The translations under genes and the position numbers were made by a program. Shown piece after piece: positions 1 to 10,974 of a DNA stretch of 64,000 bases. Source of the stretch: Caecitellus pseudoparvulus (taxonomy: Eukaryota; Protista; Bigyra: Bicosoecida); NCBI GenBank assembly GCA_965644315.1, contig CBFFRQ010000027.1:26511-90510 (forward strand). The letters are read 5' to 3'. Position 1 is the first letter of the stretch. The number at the start of each line of letters is the position of its first letter. The notes under the pieces were generated by a model that saw only the letters and a program-made list of their open reading frames with translations, did no database searches and had not been told where the DNA came from.

Positions 1-612
1 CACCCACAGTAGGGACTGCAGCGCCTCGCGCATATTCCGCGTCCGCCTTTCAGGCGTGGAGATGTCTGTAACGATATCCAGCACTGGCTGGCAAAGTTCC
101 AACATGGTGGACAGGGGCCGATCGGGGCGCGCCTGCAGGGCGTGCAGCGTGTGAGCTACAGTGACGGCGACAATATCACGCGGTTCATGCCCCCGTGTGC
201 CTTCCTGCTCTTCGTGCTTGGCTGCTCGGATGCCGCTGCAGAGCGCGTCCAGGAGCGGGACACGGGACCGGTGCAACGCAGTGGCCATCGCCTCGCCGAG
301 CGACTGCACCGTGCAACGGTAGGAGAGCCCGTTGAGGAAGGCACCTGGGTGGCCGTACACGGCCGAAGCCAGCTTCGCAACGATATCCAGCCGATCTTCC
401 TGTATGGCCTGGTCCAGCAGCCGGCTGAACTGGCATTGTTGGATGCGGATCTGGGCAAACGTGAGGCCTGGCGGCGGCATCAATGTGTCCGCATCAGCTG
501 CATCGATGAGGAGCCATACATCCGCCCACTTGAAGCTAGACTCTGCCCTCATGCCCACGAAAAACGCATGCAGCCCTTTCAGGCTGATGGGGCGGGTAGC
601 GCTGGCGGCCAT
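1..612 (-). CDS. Hypothetical protein, N-terminal 204 aa; runs off the left edge of the window
   Basis: Stop-free minus-strand frame from ATG at 612 to base 1 (MAASATRPISLKGLHAFFVG...MREALQSLLWV). It is absent from the ORF track because no stop lies in the window. The first part of + ORF 142..1536 is its codon-aligned antisense shadow. No family recognised. Confidence 0.7.
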   Translation of the reverse strand, partial: MAASATRPISLKGLHAFFVGMRAESSFKWADVWLLIDAADADTLMPPPGLTFAQIRIQQCQFSRLLDQAIQEDRLDIVAKLASAVYGHPGAFLNGLSYRCTVQSLGEAMATALHRSRVPLLDALCSGIRAAKHEEQEGTRGHEPRDIVAVTVAHTLHALQARPDRPLSTMLELCQPVLDIVTDISTPERRTRNMREALQSLLWV

Positions 613-617
613 GCAGT

Positions 618-629
618 CGCGGAAATTGC
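618..629 (-). promoter_or_regulatory. Candidate core-promoter/initiator element GCAATTTCCGCG, copy 1
   Basis: Lies 5 nt upstream of the ATG at 612. An identical 12-mer is at 10975-10986 upstream of PPIL4 and a variant CAACTTCCGC at 2470-2479 upstream of GTF2H2. Confidence 0.4.
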
Positions 630-798
630 GCCTGACACGCCAATTCGCACCAACTGTCCGCGGAGCATCTGCAGCGCCTCAATCCCTGAGATACACGAAA
701 AAGCTTGGATCGACAACAATCGCTGTATTGAATTGGAACGCGACAGACAAAACGACTTGCAAGAGGCACTGGGGGCGCTGGGATTTGGGAGGGCTGCC

Positions 799-2457
799 TC
801 ACACAACGGCGGGGTTGGTGTGCAGCTGCTCGTGGATGAAGGTGTCACAGGTCTGGCAGAAGGTCTGCAGGGAGGCAGGGCACACGAAACGTGCGTGCTG
901 GGGTGGAATGACGAAGGCACACCCCGCACACACGGCCGCGTCGGTGGTCACGACGACGTGAGGAGCAGGCACGTCATCCTCCGCCTCCCCCGCTGCCTGC
1001 GCCACCACCACGCCTGGCAGCTGGCCAGCGGTGGGGGCGGAGGAGCCTGTGGCGGACGGCACACTCAGGAAGGGCGGCACTGGGTCCATGTAGTGGTGAC
1101 TGCGGGCCAGCTGGGCGGCCGCAACCAGCTGCAGCCCGCACACCTCACAGGCACTGGGCAGGGTGGGCGCGATGCTGGCGCAGCGGGGGCACAGGTATCC
1201 TTCGGCACACACGTGCCCTGCTGTGCTGAGGGCGTTGGCGTGGGCCAGCATGCGGGGAAACCCCATAAGCACCATGGCCGGGTCAGCGGCAGCTTCGGAT
1301 GCGCTGCGTGGTGGCGGCGGGATGATCTCTGCCAGCAGCCCTGTGAGGTGGTCGTACGTCTCGGCGACGCCGTACTTGCCGCCGCTCTTCTGTGGGGGGG
1401 GGGGGGGGTGGAGCGGAGGGGGTTCGTGAGGGTTGCCAGGTCGGGTGGGGCGGCACACATGGTGAGAGAGCACGAGCAAGCCTCAGACAGAAATCTCTTC
1501 TCCATGGGGTTAAGGTGTAGAAAGAGTCAGAGTTAAAAATTGTGGGATCGTCACAGGCAGCAGCGGGTGCGCTGAGCAACACACGAGCACGTACCTCAGC
1601 TATGCGGCGAGCCACAAAGACCTCCCCCGACAGCCCGATGACGTGGACAGTCGTGCCTTGCATGCCCTCCACTGTGCGCCAAATGTCCCCTGCGTCCACG
1701 CTGGACAGTGCTCCGTGCACGATCAGCACTTCGCGGCCAGCTTGCGTCGGCACGAGGCTGAGTTCGTGCGTTGCCGTCTCCAACGCCGCCTGGAAGGAGA
1801 AACTGCCGTCCAGCACAGGCCCGCCGCCACACATGGCAGTGACGGCTGCAGATGTAGTGGTTGAGGTGCCAGAGCGGCCGCGTTGTTCAGCCTGCCCGCC
1901 CAGCGCGTCGAGGGGGTCCGTGATGTGCTTTGGCGTGGCAGTGAGGGGGCTCAACACGTGGCCCATGCCTGACCGCACCGCCACGACGCTGAGACTGCCG
2001 ACGGGGTTCTGGTCGAACCACTCCTTGGTGAAGTCCTTCAAGGCCATGCACGTGGCGACGAGGCGGGAGGGGGGCAGGTCTGACGCAAGCATGGCTGCGC
2101 TGGCGTCCACTACCACAACCAAATGCCGCAGCATACCCCGCTGCACTGCGCCGAGGGACTCGCTCTTCTTAGCCCTGCAGAGGAGGCAGGAGTCACAACA
2201 GTGCAACCCATACCCGGTGTCCAGGTCGCCACACTGCAGTGCAGTCTGGCACGCACCGTGCAGCGGCTTGGCGCTCTTGCTCTGCGGCATCTGTCAGCCG
2301 GCCGTGTTCGTCCACTTGCAGGCCCTCCCAGGGCCGCTCATACGCCTGTTCCCAAGCATACTCGCCACCTGAGGATGTGTGTGTGCGCGAATTTGCGTGG
2401 GCCGTCGGCGGTAGCAGAGCAGGGGTGCTGCAGCGACGCACCAGCGCCACCCGCCAT
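799..2457 (-). CDS. GTF2H2: TFIIH subunit p44/Ssl1 (vWA domain, C4 zinc finger, degenerate C-terminal RING-like domain); 4 exons
   Basis: Exons 2457-2442, 2368-2257, 2174-1595 and 1389-799 join in frame through GT-AG introns. Motifs: YAWEQAYERPWEGLQVDEHG, RGMLRHLVVVVDAS..M...DLPPSR, WFDQNPVGSL, REVLIVHGALSSVDAGDI, GYLCPRC..LPSACEVCGLQL..LARSHH, FCQTCDTFIHEQLH. Confidence 0.95.
1480..1558 (-). ncRNA. Box C/D snoRNA in intron 3 of GTF2H2
   Basis: Minus strand reads GCC-t-GTGACGA (C box, 1554-1548), then TTTTTAACT-CTGA (D', 1530-1527), ATGGAGA (C'), AGAGATTTCTGT-CTGA (D, 1486-1483) and GGC. There is a terminal GCC/GGC stem. It forms an AT-rich island in a 205-nt intron, and both guides complement conserved rRNA sequences. 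Confidence 0.8.
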
Positions 2458-2789
2458 GATGGTGTGGCTGCGGAAGTTGGGCAAATGCCGCCGAACTTGT
2501 GGCGGCTCGCGGCACACCCCTGCAGGGGCCCACTGACTCCCCCCGAGGTGTGCACGTATCAGTCAACACACGTGGGTGTCCAGGAGATGCCTGCCTGGGA
2601 ACACGTGGCGTGGGCAGGCTGGTCACGGCGGTGCAGTCAAGCCATGCCGGCACTACCCAACCACCACGCACACACGCTGGCGCCGCACAGAGCTGCACGG
2701 CACTCACACGCGCCTGCACAGCCAGCTGAGCACACCGAGTCACTGTCACGTTTGGGAGTGTGTGTTTTGTGCCGCGGCGGGGCAGTGCC

Positions 2790-4303
2790 ATGTCGGCTGT
2801 GCCGGTTGGCGGGGAGGCTGCAGCCCCCCCTGCCGAGGCAGCTGGCAGTGGGCCAGTGACGGTGAGAGCCACGCGCCCGCGGCGAGCGTGGGCACCTGCG
2901 ACACAGCACGCGCCGCTTGCCCACAGGCGGACACCTTCCACAGCAAGACCTTCCTCACCTCCATTCGAGATGGCGGCAAGGCGTTGGACGTGGAGGAGCC
3001 GGCGTCGTGAGTGCGGCAGGTCGCAGTGCGACCAGGGCGACAGCACGTGCCGCCGCATCCTCGCCGCCACGAGTCGCCCTGCGCCCGCTGCCCTGCGCAG
3101 CATGCACCGTGTGCGCAAGTTACACGGTCAGATGAACTCGGTGGTGTCCACGCTGAACGAAAAGGTGCGTTGGCGCAGGCGTTGGCCGGTGACGAAACGC
3201 CTGAAACGCCACGCTCCTTCCTGACCCGGCAGATCGCGAGGGTGTTGCAGATCCAGGAGAAGGAGTTCCTGGAGGCATATCGTGGACACATGTACGGCGT
3301 GCAGCGGGAGCTGCGCATGTGGCAGGAGAAGGCTGACGAGGAAGCCGCCCGCGCACTGCGGGACGCCAAGGTGCAGCGCTTGGAGGAGGAGTCTGCTTGG
3401 TTCCGCGCCGAGGCGCTGCGGCTGAACAAGTACACGGGGGCCATGAAGACAGACTTGAAGAACATGCAGGGACACATGGATAGCCTGGAGGAGGACCGGG
3501 CGTGGCTGGAGAAGCAGCTCAAAGCGGCGAAACGCGAAAACGCACTGCTGCGCGCAGAGGTGGCCGTGGCGGCACAGGGCGGGCAGCAGGACGAGGCAGG
3601 GGAGCTGCTGGCTGCCCTGGCAGAAGGGGGTGGTGAAACGCCTGACGTCATTGCCCTGAAGCGCCGTGTGGAGGAGTTGACAGCGCAGGTGTCAGCGGCG
3701 CAGAGACGGGTGGCGGAGCTGTCCACTGGCACCTCGGGTGGTGTCGGAGATGGCAGCGCACACACCGGCAGCGCAGGGGGTGGCGGGGTGTCTTCACAAC
3801 AAGAGCAGATGCACGCGTTGTTTCTGAAGTGTGTGGCCAGCGTGCGGGAGGCCACTGACCCAGGCAGCGTGGTCAGTGACCTTTCATTTTCCGCATACAC
3901 ACCTCCCGAGCGACGCGCCATCATCGCGCGCCTCCTGGAAGACGACTTCATCCTGAACTCCCTGCACGCACTGGTGTTCGGGCAACAGCAGGCGGCGGCG
4001 GCAGAGGTGCCTGGCAGCGGCCCTCACAGTGCAGGCACCCCCACCGCTGCGTCACAAGCCGCCCTGAGCCGGGTGGGCAGCAGCATGCCACCGGACAGCG
4101 CACTTCACAGTGCCGTTCGCAGTCTGCCTGACTCCACGGGTGCCCCTGCATCTCTGGACGGCGGCAGTGGGAGTGGTGGGGGAGGTGGTGGTGGCGGTAG
4201 CATGTCTGGGCGGGGTGGCGGCACACCGGCGGGGTCAGCCCTTGATGCGTTACGGGCCCGCCATGCTGCGTTGGAGCAGGAGGACCAGCCGAGAGGCGAC
4301 TAG
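2790..4303 (+). CDS. Coiled-coil hypothetical protein; 4 exons
   Basis: ATG 2790 (MSAVPVGG); introns 2862-2926, 3007-3100 and 3165-3232 restore the frame. Heptad-rich core IARVLQIQEKEFLEAYRGHMYGVQRELR...VQRLEEESAWFRAEALRL; Gly/Ser-rich tail. Confidence 0.8.
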
Positions 4304-4541
4304 AGTCCACGGACACAGCGCTGCCCCCTGCTCTCAGTGCTTGCACTGGCTCGGCGTGGAGCTGCAAGTCAAACCAGTGTGCAGCGTTGGGCGGCACGTG
4401 CAAGACCTGCCCAGCGCCGCCCATCGACACTCACAGCGCCAAATCCAACTCCCCACGATACACAGGGAAGCCACCTGCTGGGCGTCCACTCGCCACGCCA
4501 GCACTGTGCCTGCTGGCGCCGCCAGCGCCCACCTTGCAGTC

Positions 4542-7500
4542 ATGCCTGGCAGCTCCCCTCGACCCAGGGCACCACGCCCAATGCCGGGGGGTGTGCCGCC
4601 CCCCCGACCGGGTCGACCACCCCCTCTGCGTCAACAACAAGCGCCGGAATCACCCCGGGCGCCGTCCCCCGCGCGGCCCCCCCGTGCGCCGCCAGCCTCG
4701 CAACCACAGCCGCGAGGGCTGCCGCCTTCAAATTCCGCAGGGAAACTGCACACTGGCGGCAGCTCTGATTCCCTGCTCTCGACACGCAGCAGCTCCAGAG
4801 GCAAGACACCGCCCGCACACGTCCCCCGGCCATCTGGGTCGCCACAGCCCCGAGGTGGCGGCGGGCCGCGACCAGGAGGTGCCAGCAGCACGTCGCAGCG
4901 CGACCAGGCCACTCCTGCAAGCACCTCCGCCAGCCCCCCCTCACGGGCATCACCCCCCCCCCGCGGCGCGAGCAGCCCCCCTCGCAGTCCACGAGGGGGT
5001 TCGCCTGCCTCTCCTGGCAGGTCGCAGTCGGCAGGTCGCAGGCGCAGCGTCGCGTCACTGCGCTCCACCACCTCAGCCCGCAGCGGTGCAAGCAGCAGTA
5101 GCCAGCGGGGAGGGGGGGGAGGCAACCGGCTGGGGAGGGGTGGGCCCACCACCCTCGCCCCGCCCCAGCCCTCCTACCGGGCTGCCGACGACTCCATGTT
5201 CGTGGCGGGGCACGTGTCAGCGCTGCAGGCGTCGTCGGCGCTGCTGGCGGAGTCACTGGAGTGGAACGCTCGACACGTCGTCAGCGATGAGGTGTCTGCG
5301 ACCGGCGTCGCGGGGCCCCTGGGTGCTGCCTGGTACAGAGCCAAGCAGGCCGCATCGGCCAGCCAGGGGACTGCCCCGCCGACACACGCATTGGAGGGTG
5401 CGACGGGGTCGCGTCGCGACGTGCTGCGCGGCTTCTCGCCCTACGACGCGACGCCCACGGCCAGCGAGGTGTGGGAGTACAGGGTGCTGGGCGACGCGGC
5501 TCGTGCGCGGGAGGCGTCTGTGGCACGCCAGGCGGTGGACCAGGCAGCGGCCATTCGAGAGGAAATTGCGGAATTTGGAGAAGGCAGCGACCTGGAGGAA
5601 GACGACGACGGAGCGGGGTCGGCGGGGGGCGCCGGCGCCGCGACCATGCGCAGCAGTGCGACCGCGGCGCGACGCCGCAGCACGGCGTTTTTCGCGAGCG
5701 ACGCGGCCTCCACCATCCTCGGGGCGGGCAGTGTAGCAGGCGGCGCCAGCACCATGTACATGCGCGTGAGGGCCAAGGGCAGCCGGACGGGGTCGAAACG
5801 CATCGTCGCGACGCCGACGGTGATCCCACTGCTGAGCGAGGACACGGACTCGCCCTCTGCGACGCGCCTGCCGCCGTTCGTGCGACCTGACCCCAACTCG
5901 CACACCGACGGCGTCATCGCCAACATGCGACGCATGGGCGGCGACGTGCGACCCCTCACCACGGGCGGCGGGGGGGGCGACGAAGTGCTGGACACGTCTG
6001 CTCGTGCGTTGCCAGAGGGAGTCACTGACGACGCGGATGCCGTCGCTGCCATGCACTTGGGGCTGCGCCAGAAGTATGGCGAGTTCCTGTACGTGCTGCC
6101 GGCTGCGGAAGGTGAGGCGAGTTTGTCCGCACACGAGGCGGCCCATGCGCCCATGCCCAACCGCGACACGGCCGCACTGGCAGATAGAACGGCTGTGCTG
6201 GGGCAGGGCCATGGCGGGGCGGGGTCGGAGGCGGGGCGCAGCGTGGCGGCCGCCGCAACGCAGCGCACGTCTGCTGCGTTTCGCCAGGAGGCCCTCGCAG
6301 GCACGTTCTCCACCCAGTGGGCCCGGGCACATGGGGGGTACTCTGTCGCACGGTCGGCTGACACGTGTGTGGAGGGAGGCAGCGACCCCGGCGTCGTGGG
6401 GGGCGGTCGCAAGACGCCCTTCGCAGTGGACCCCAATTTCGCTCTGTTCCAGGCGCTGCCGGAGGAGGCAGGTGTTCGGGCTCGCCTGGGGCAGTTGTGG
6501 AACACCTGGGCCGATGCGTGGGAGGCGGAGGCGGAGGCGGCGCTGGCCGAGGGCGACGGGGGGTCGGCACGTGCGACCAGCCGCGACGAGTCTGCGACCT
6601 TCGGCAAGCCCCGCTCGGGCGACGACCTCGTCGCGGGCGACATCGTCTCTGGCGAGGGGCGAGCTGGGCAGGGCAAGCAGCAGCAGGTCGCAGCGCGACG
6701 CTTGGCACGTCGCGCCGAGCGAGCCCGTCGCGAGGCGGTCGCAGACGCCGCAGAAGGTTCGCAGGGCGAGGGCGCAGCGGGGCACGTGGAGGACGGTGCG
6801 ACGGCGTGGGGTCCAGAGGCCGACGGCTTGGACGCGCCTGCGGAAATTGACGACGAGGAGCAGGGCGGGGACAGCGCCGGGGGGGGGCGACTGGCCCTGA
6901 CTGTGGGCGACGTGACGGGGGTCCTGCGACGTGTCGCGGCCTCGGCGACCGCGCCGACCCCAGAGGAGCGCGCCGCGGGCTCCGTCCCTGGCGCTGCCGT
7001 CGCATTCCGGTCGGCGGCGGCGGGGGTCGGCATGCGACCGCCCTCAGCGGACGCACTGGTGCCCAGTGTGTACACGGGCGCCGACGCCCGCACAGCGCCT
7101 GGTGCGACCTCTGCCGCGACAGGCGCGTCTCGCAGCGGGTCGCGCCTGGTCGCAGGTGCGCCCCTGCCCGCGTCCGCCCCCGCTGGGCTGGGATCGGTGC
7201 GAACTGCCGCAACCGGGTCCACCCACCCGCTGACAGCGGGGGGTGCGGACGTCACGTACGACGCGATGAACGTGTTGAACATGACGACGCCGACGCTGGT
7301 CGCAAGTGCGATGAACGCGCTCAACGGCCTCCTCGACGCGCTGACGGCGGAAACGTCCATGGTACTGGCAGAAGCAGCCACTGGCACAAGTGGGGGCATG
7401 CCCAGTGAGGCGGGGGTGACGGGCGACGGGGGGCCACTCACCGCCCGTGCTGGCATAAGCTCGGGGCAGCTGGAGTTGCTGCGTGCTGACTCGGGGGGGG

Positions 7501-9233
7501 GCGGCTTCAGTCCGGGTCGACGGGGGGGGGCCCCCTCGTCACCTGGCCTCCGCTCCCCAACACATGGTCGCAGCATGACGGTGGAGTCCATCCCTGAAGG
7601 CTTCGGGCGCGAGGATGACGAGGAGGAGGCGGAGGAGGGGGCGGAGGGTGTGGCTGCGGAAATTGGACCCTGGGGCTTGTCCACCGCCGCCGCCTTCAGC
7701 CCCGAGCAGCGGCTGCGGGATGAAAAGGCCGCCGCCGCAGCAGCAGCAGCAGTGGCACAGCGACGAGCAGGTGCCTTGGAGAAGGCCGACCGCTTGGCCG
7801 CCATGTCGCACCGCGTGCAGACGGTGCGGGTCGCAGTCGCCGAGATGGCGAATCGGTGGCGCACCGGCACTGCCACGGCCCTCAAGAGTCTGGCGCAGCT
7901 GGAGCACGAGGTGGAGGTGCGAGGGGAAGCGCTGGAGCTCATGCGGGACAATGCGTGGAACACGGAACAGCACATCGAGGCCCTGCAGAAACAAATCTCC
8001 ACCCTGAAGACGGCCGTGCTGCATGACTTGGCGGAGTCGGCCATGCAGCAGCGGGGCGGAGGCGGCGGTCGCGCGGCGCCGCCGGCCCCCATTGCGATTC
8101 AAGATCGCGCGTCTGCACCCCGCGTCCGCCGCAGCACCATGGCTGCCATGCCTCGCAGCCCGCACACTGGCACACCCCTGAGCCTGGCGTCCACGCCGCC
8201 GAGCAGTGCTGGGGGTGGTGGTCGGCCAGGCGGAGCACGTCGCATGGTGCGACGCAGCATGGTCGCACAGCAGGCCAAGCGGCGCCTGGCGACGGGGCAG
8301 GACTCCCCTCGGGCCCAGGCTCGCAATGCGGCGCTGCAGGGCGTATTACGCGAAGACCCCCGGCAAGCAGCTGCCGCCGAAGCTGCCGCCGCGTCGCACG
8401 CTGCAGCCTACGACGCCGCCCTTGCCGACGCCGAGACACGCCTGCAGGCGCTGCTGGAGGAACGCAAGGAGGGCACCCCAACCCAGAACAGTGGCCTGGA
8501 CACGCCGGAACACCAGCAGGTGGCCAGCATTGTAGAGGCAGGCGGCAGCCCAGCGGACGCAGCTGATGCGTTGCAGTTGGAGCTGCGCCGTCGACCAGCG
8601 CCCCCCGGCGCCAGTGACTCGCCGGCGCCCACTGCGGAGGGCAGCAGTCCCGCCTCCACAGGGCGTTTCGCGGCCCTGGGCGGCTCCCCCACGCGCTCCC
8701 CCACCCGCCCCGACATTTCCGCCATGTTGAATCGACTGGAGGTGCCACTGGCCGCTGCCACTGCCCGCCGCCAGACGAAGTCGCCAAAGTCCCCAGCTGT
8801 CAAGGGGGTCACATCACCCGCACATCAGACCACGTCTGAGCGGGAGCGTCCCCCGGCAGTGGCCCACCCCCGTCGACTGGAGGGGGGTGACGTGGACGTG
8901 GGTGGCAGTGATTCCGCACTGCGCGTCGCACCGCGAACGGGCTCCACACGCCTGCAACTGCACCTGGATGAGGCAGCACACGCCAACTCCACGTGTGCTG
9001 ACTTGTGGACGGCGGTGCGAGGTAAGGTCGCACGTCCCATCGCCGCGCTGAAGCTCGTGTTGGACGACGCAGCGGACGAGGCCATGCACGCCGCCACTGC
9101 TGGTGTCAAGGCCAGATCCAGGCGGTATTCCAGGCTGGCCGTGTCCACTCGGCCTCTGCCCAATGGACCTCTGTCACTCAAGGCGGCAGGGGTGCCGCTC
9201 ACGCCCACCCTGGAAGTGCACTTTGCCAAGTGA
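4542..9233 (+). CDS. Large low-complexity (Pro/Ser/Ala/Gly-rich) protein with a central coiled coil, ~1,563 aa
   Basis: Long uninterrupted ORF; likely start is ATG 4542 (MPGSSPRP). Coiled-coil segment ALKSLAQLEHEVEVRGEALELMRDNAWNTEQHIEALQKQISTLK. No recognised family. Confidence 0.7.
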   Translation: MPGSSPRPRAPRPMPGGVPPPRPGRPPPLRQQQAPESPRAPSPARPPRAPPASQPQPRGLPPSNSAGKLHTGGSSDSLLSTRSSSRGKTPPAHVPRPSGSPQPRGGGGPRPGGASSTSQRDQATPASTSASPPSRASPPPRGASSPPRSPRGGSPASPGRSQSAGRRRSVASLRSTTSARSGASSSSQRGGGGGNRLGRGGPTTLAPPQPSYRAADDSMFVAGHVSALQASSALLAESLEWNARHVVSDEVSATGVAGPLGAAWYRAKQAASASQGTAPPTHALEGATGSRRDVLRGFSPYDATPTASEVWEYRVLGDAARAREASVARQAVDQAAAIREEIAEFGEGSDLEEDDDGAGSAGGAGAATMRSSATAARRRSTAFFASDAASTILGAGSVAGGASTMYMRVRAKGSRTGSKRIVATPTVIPLLSEDTDSPSATRLPPFVRPDPNSHTDGVIANMRRMGGDVRPLTTGGGGGDEVLDTSARALPEGVTDDADAVAAMHLGLRQKYGEFLYVLPAAEGEASLSAHEAAHAPMPNRDTAALADRTAVLGQGHGGAGSEAGRSVAAAATQRTSAAFRQEALAGTFSTQWARAHGGYSVARSADTCVEGGSDPGVVGGGRKTPFAVDPNFALFQALPEEAGVRARLGQLWNTWADAWEAEAEAALAEGDGGSARATSRDESATFGKPRSGDDLVAGDIVSGEGRAGQGKQQQVAARRLARRAERARREAVADAAEGSQGEGAAGHVEDGATAWGPEADGLDAPAEIDDEEQGGDSAGGGRLALTVGDVTGVLRRVAASATAPTPEERAAGSVPGAAVAFRSAAAGVGMRPPSADALVPSVYTGADARTAPGATSAATGASRSGSRLVAGAPLPASAPAGLGSVRTAATGSTHPLTAGGADVTYDAMNVLNMTTPTLVASAMNALNGLLDALTAETSMVLAEAATGTSGGMPSEAGVTGDGGPLTARAGISSGQLELLRADSGGGGFSPGRRGGAPSSPGLRSPTHGRSMTVESIPEGFGREDDEEEAEEGAEGVAAEIGPWGLSTAAAFSPEQRLRDEKAAAAAAAAVAQRRAGALEKADRLAAMSHRVQTVRVAVAEMANRWRTGTATALKSLAQLEHEVEVRGEALELMRDNAWNTEQHIEALQKQISTLKTAVLHDLAESAMQQRGGGGGRAAPPAPIAIQDRASAPRVRRSTMAAMPRSPHTGTPLSLASTPPSSAGGGGRPGGARRMVRRSMVAQQAKRRLATGQDSPRAQARNAALQGVLREDPRQAAAAEAAAASHAAAYDAALADAETRLQALLEERKEGTPTQNSGLDTPEHQQVASIVEAGGSPADAADALQLELRRRPAPPGASDSPAPTAEGSSPASTGRFAALGGSPTRSPTRPDISAMLNRLEVPLAAATARRQTKSPKSPAVKGVTSPAHQTTSERERPPAVAHPRRLEGGDVDVGGSDSALRVAPRTGSTRLQLHLDEAAHANSTCADLWTAVRGKVARPIAALKLVLDDAADEAMHAATAGVKARSRRYSRLAVSTRPLPNGPLSLKAAGVPLTPTLEVHFAK

Positions 9234-9323
9234 GGGTGGGGCGGATGTGACCGCTTCTGTGGGGCGGTGTCCGCTGCAAGCCCTGCCCATGCCAATGCAT
9301 TCCCAGCAGGCTAGTGCAGGTCA

Positions 9324-10962
9324 CTACCTGTACCTCCGAGGGGGGGATCGCGACCTGTCACGGCCCCGGTGGTGTCTCCGCCGCTCCTCATACCGCCGCG
9401 CATCTGACCGCCCCTCGTCATACCGCCGCTCGTCATACCGCCGCTCACGACCCCACCTCCCCCTGTCTCCATACCGGCCGTCGTCACGGCGGCGGTGCGA
9501 TCTATGGTCGTCCTGCTCATCGTGAGCCCTGCGATCCCCACGGTCGTTGCGCGATCTCCAGTCGTCCCTCCGCCCGCCATCGTGCGTGCTGCGTTCCGCA
9601 CGCTGCCCCCCCCGCCCCACCGAGGGGGGGGCATACCCCCCTGATCCAGGAGGGTGCTGGGGCCTTGACGAGACAGGCCCATTTGCAGCTATCGCCTGGT
9701 TTGGGAGCCCGAGGTGGGCCGCACGCGTCGCTTGGCGGGCGGCGGCAGTGAGTCCACCGGCACCGCCAGCTGCCGCCCGAGCGCGCTGACTCCACAGCTT
9801 GGCGACGGATTGACTAAAGTCCACTTTGATGCGGCGATCATCTGGGGAGGGGGTGGTGGGGCATGGGTGAGCGGTGTGCACATGCGCAGGGCGGCGGCAG
9901 CGGGTCGCACGCACCGATGAGCACGTTGTTCATCTTGAGGTATGCCGCCTCACACGCGGCGCGGTCCGCGAACTCGATGAAGGCGTACCCCAAGCTGTCG
10001 CCCGTCTTCCAGTCCCGCTGGATCTCGCAGGACAGAATCTCGCCGTGTCTGGAGAAGATCAGCTCCAGGTCTCCGTCGGTGGTCACGGGGTTCAACTTGG
10101 CCACAAACAGCACCGTGTCCGGCGGCGCCAGGTCTGCGTCGGGCAGGTCCCCCACCATCTCCAGCACCACAGCACGGGAACGCGCCTCCTCAGCCGCAGC
10201 TTGCTCTGCCTTGGCTGCCCGGGCCGCTGCAGCCGCCTCGCTGTCCCCCTCTGCTTCGGCCGCGGCGGCAAGTGCGGAATTTGAAGCCGCAAACTCCAGG
10301 CGAGCCTCCACCGTCTCCGCCTCTGGGCGCCCGTCACTGGTGGCCAGGCGTGGTCGGGGCAGTTTGTCTGCGCCTGGTACGCCCGGCGTTGGGTCGAACA
10401 GCACATGGGCGGCGCGGATGCGGACGTCTTGCAGGGGGCGACCGCCCTTGTCAAGGAACAACCCCGACAACACCGGCAACACCTCCGCACCCTCCACCAC
10501 CTCCCCGAATATGGTGTGGGTCTTGTCCATGGCGGGCAGGGGCCGGTCCAGCGTGATGTAGAACTGGCTGGCTGCCGTGTGGGCACCGCCGTGCAGTGCC
10601 ATGCCCAGGAGACCGGCACCGGAGTGCTTGCGGCCGGCAGCCCCCACCTCGCTGCGAATGAACCGGTGCGCCTCGCCCTGCACCGCACTGAGAAAGGGGG
10701 GGGGGAAGGGGTGCATAGGGTACGGAGTGTGTGCACCGCCGCGCTGCGCCACTGCGCACCCGTGAATGCTCGTGCCACCACGGCCTGTGCCAGTCAAATC
10801 GCCTGTCTGCGCCAGCTGCCCAGGCAAGATGCTGAAGAAGAGACACCCGTCGTACATGCCGGCCGCTGCAAGTTTCAGGAAGTTCTGGCTGGCAATGGGG
10901 CACTCCTCTGTGAAGAGGTCCACCGTCACCGCCCCCGCTGACGTGTCCAGCAATACACTCAT
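9324..10962 (-). CDS. PPIL4: Cyclophilin-RRM protein PPIL4/CYP59 with RD/RS-rich tail; 3 exons
   Basis: MSVLLDTSAGAVTVDLFTEECPIASQNFLKL cyclophilin domain. RRM LEMVGDLPDADLAPPDTVLFVAKLNPVTTDGDLELIFSRHG...YLKMNNVLI|DDRRIKVDFSQSVAKLW. Introns 10759-10688 and 9914-9842. Confidence 0.95.
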
Positions 10963-10974
10963 GGCTGGCACGGG

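Noticed and set aside
1446-1457. Minus-strand TGTGCCGCCCCA, complementary to conserved LSU rRNA UGGGGCGGCACA, just downstream of the snoRNA
   Set aside because: No C box and no correctly spaced CTGA D box (only CCGA); a GC-rich 12-mer can match by chance. Not called as a second snoRNA.
142-1536. 464-aa plus-strand ORF
   Set aside because: Codon-aligned antisense shadow of the 1-612 ORF and GTF2H2 exon 4; it also spans the intergenic gap and an intron.
5253-8092. Long minus-strand ORFs (510 and 883 aa); similar cases at 21518-23119, 24827-27172 and 58241-59926
   Set aside because: Expected stop-poor shadows opposite GC-rich coding regions; no recognisable motifs.
9380-9450. Short tandem repeats (TCATACCGCCGC-like units)
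   Set aside because: They encode the RYDERR low-complexity tail of PPIL4; not CRISPR or satellite DNA.
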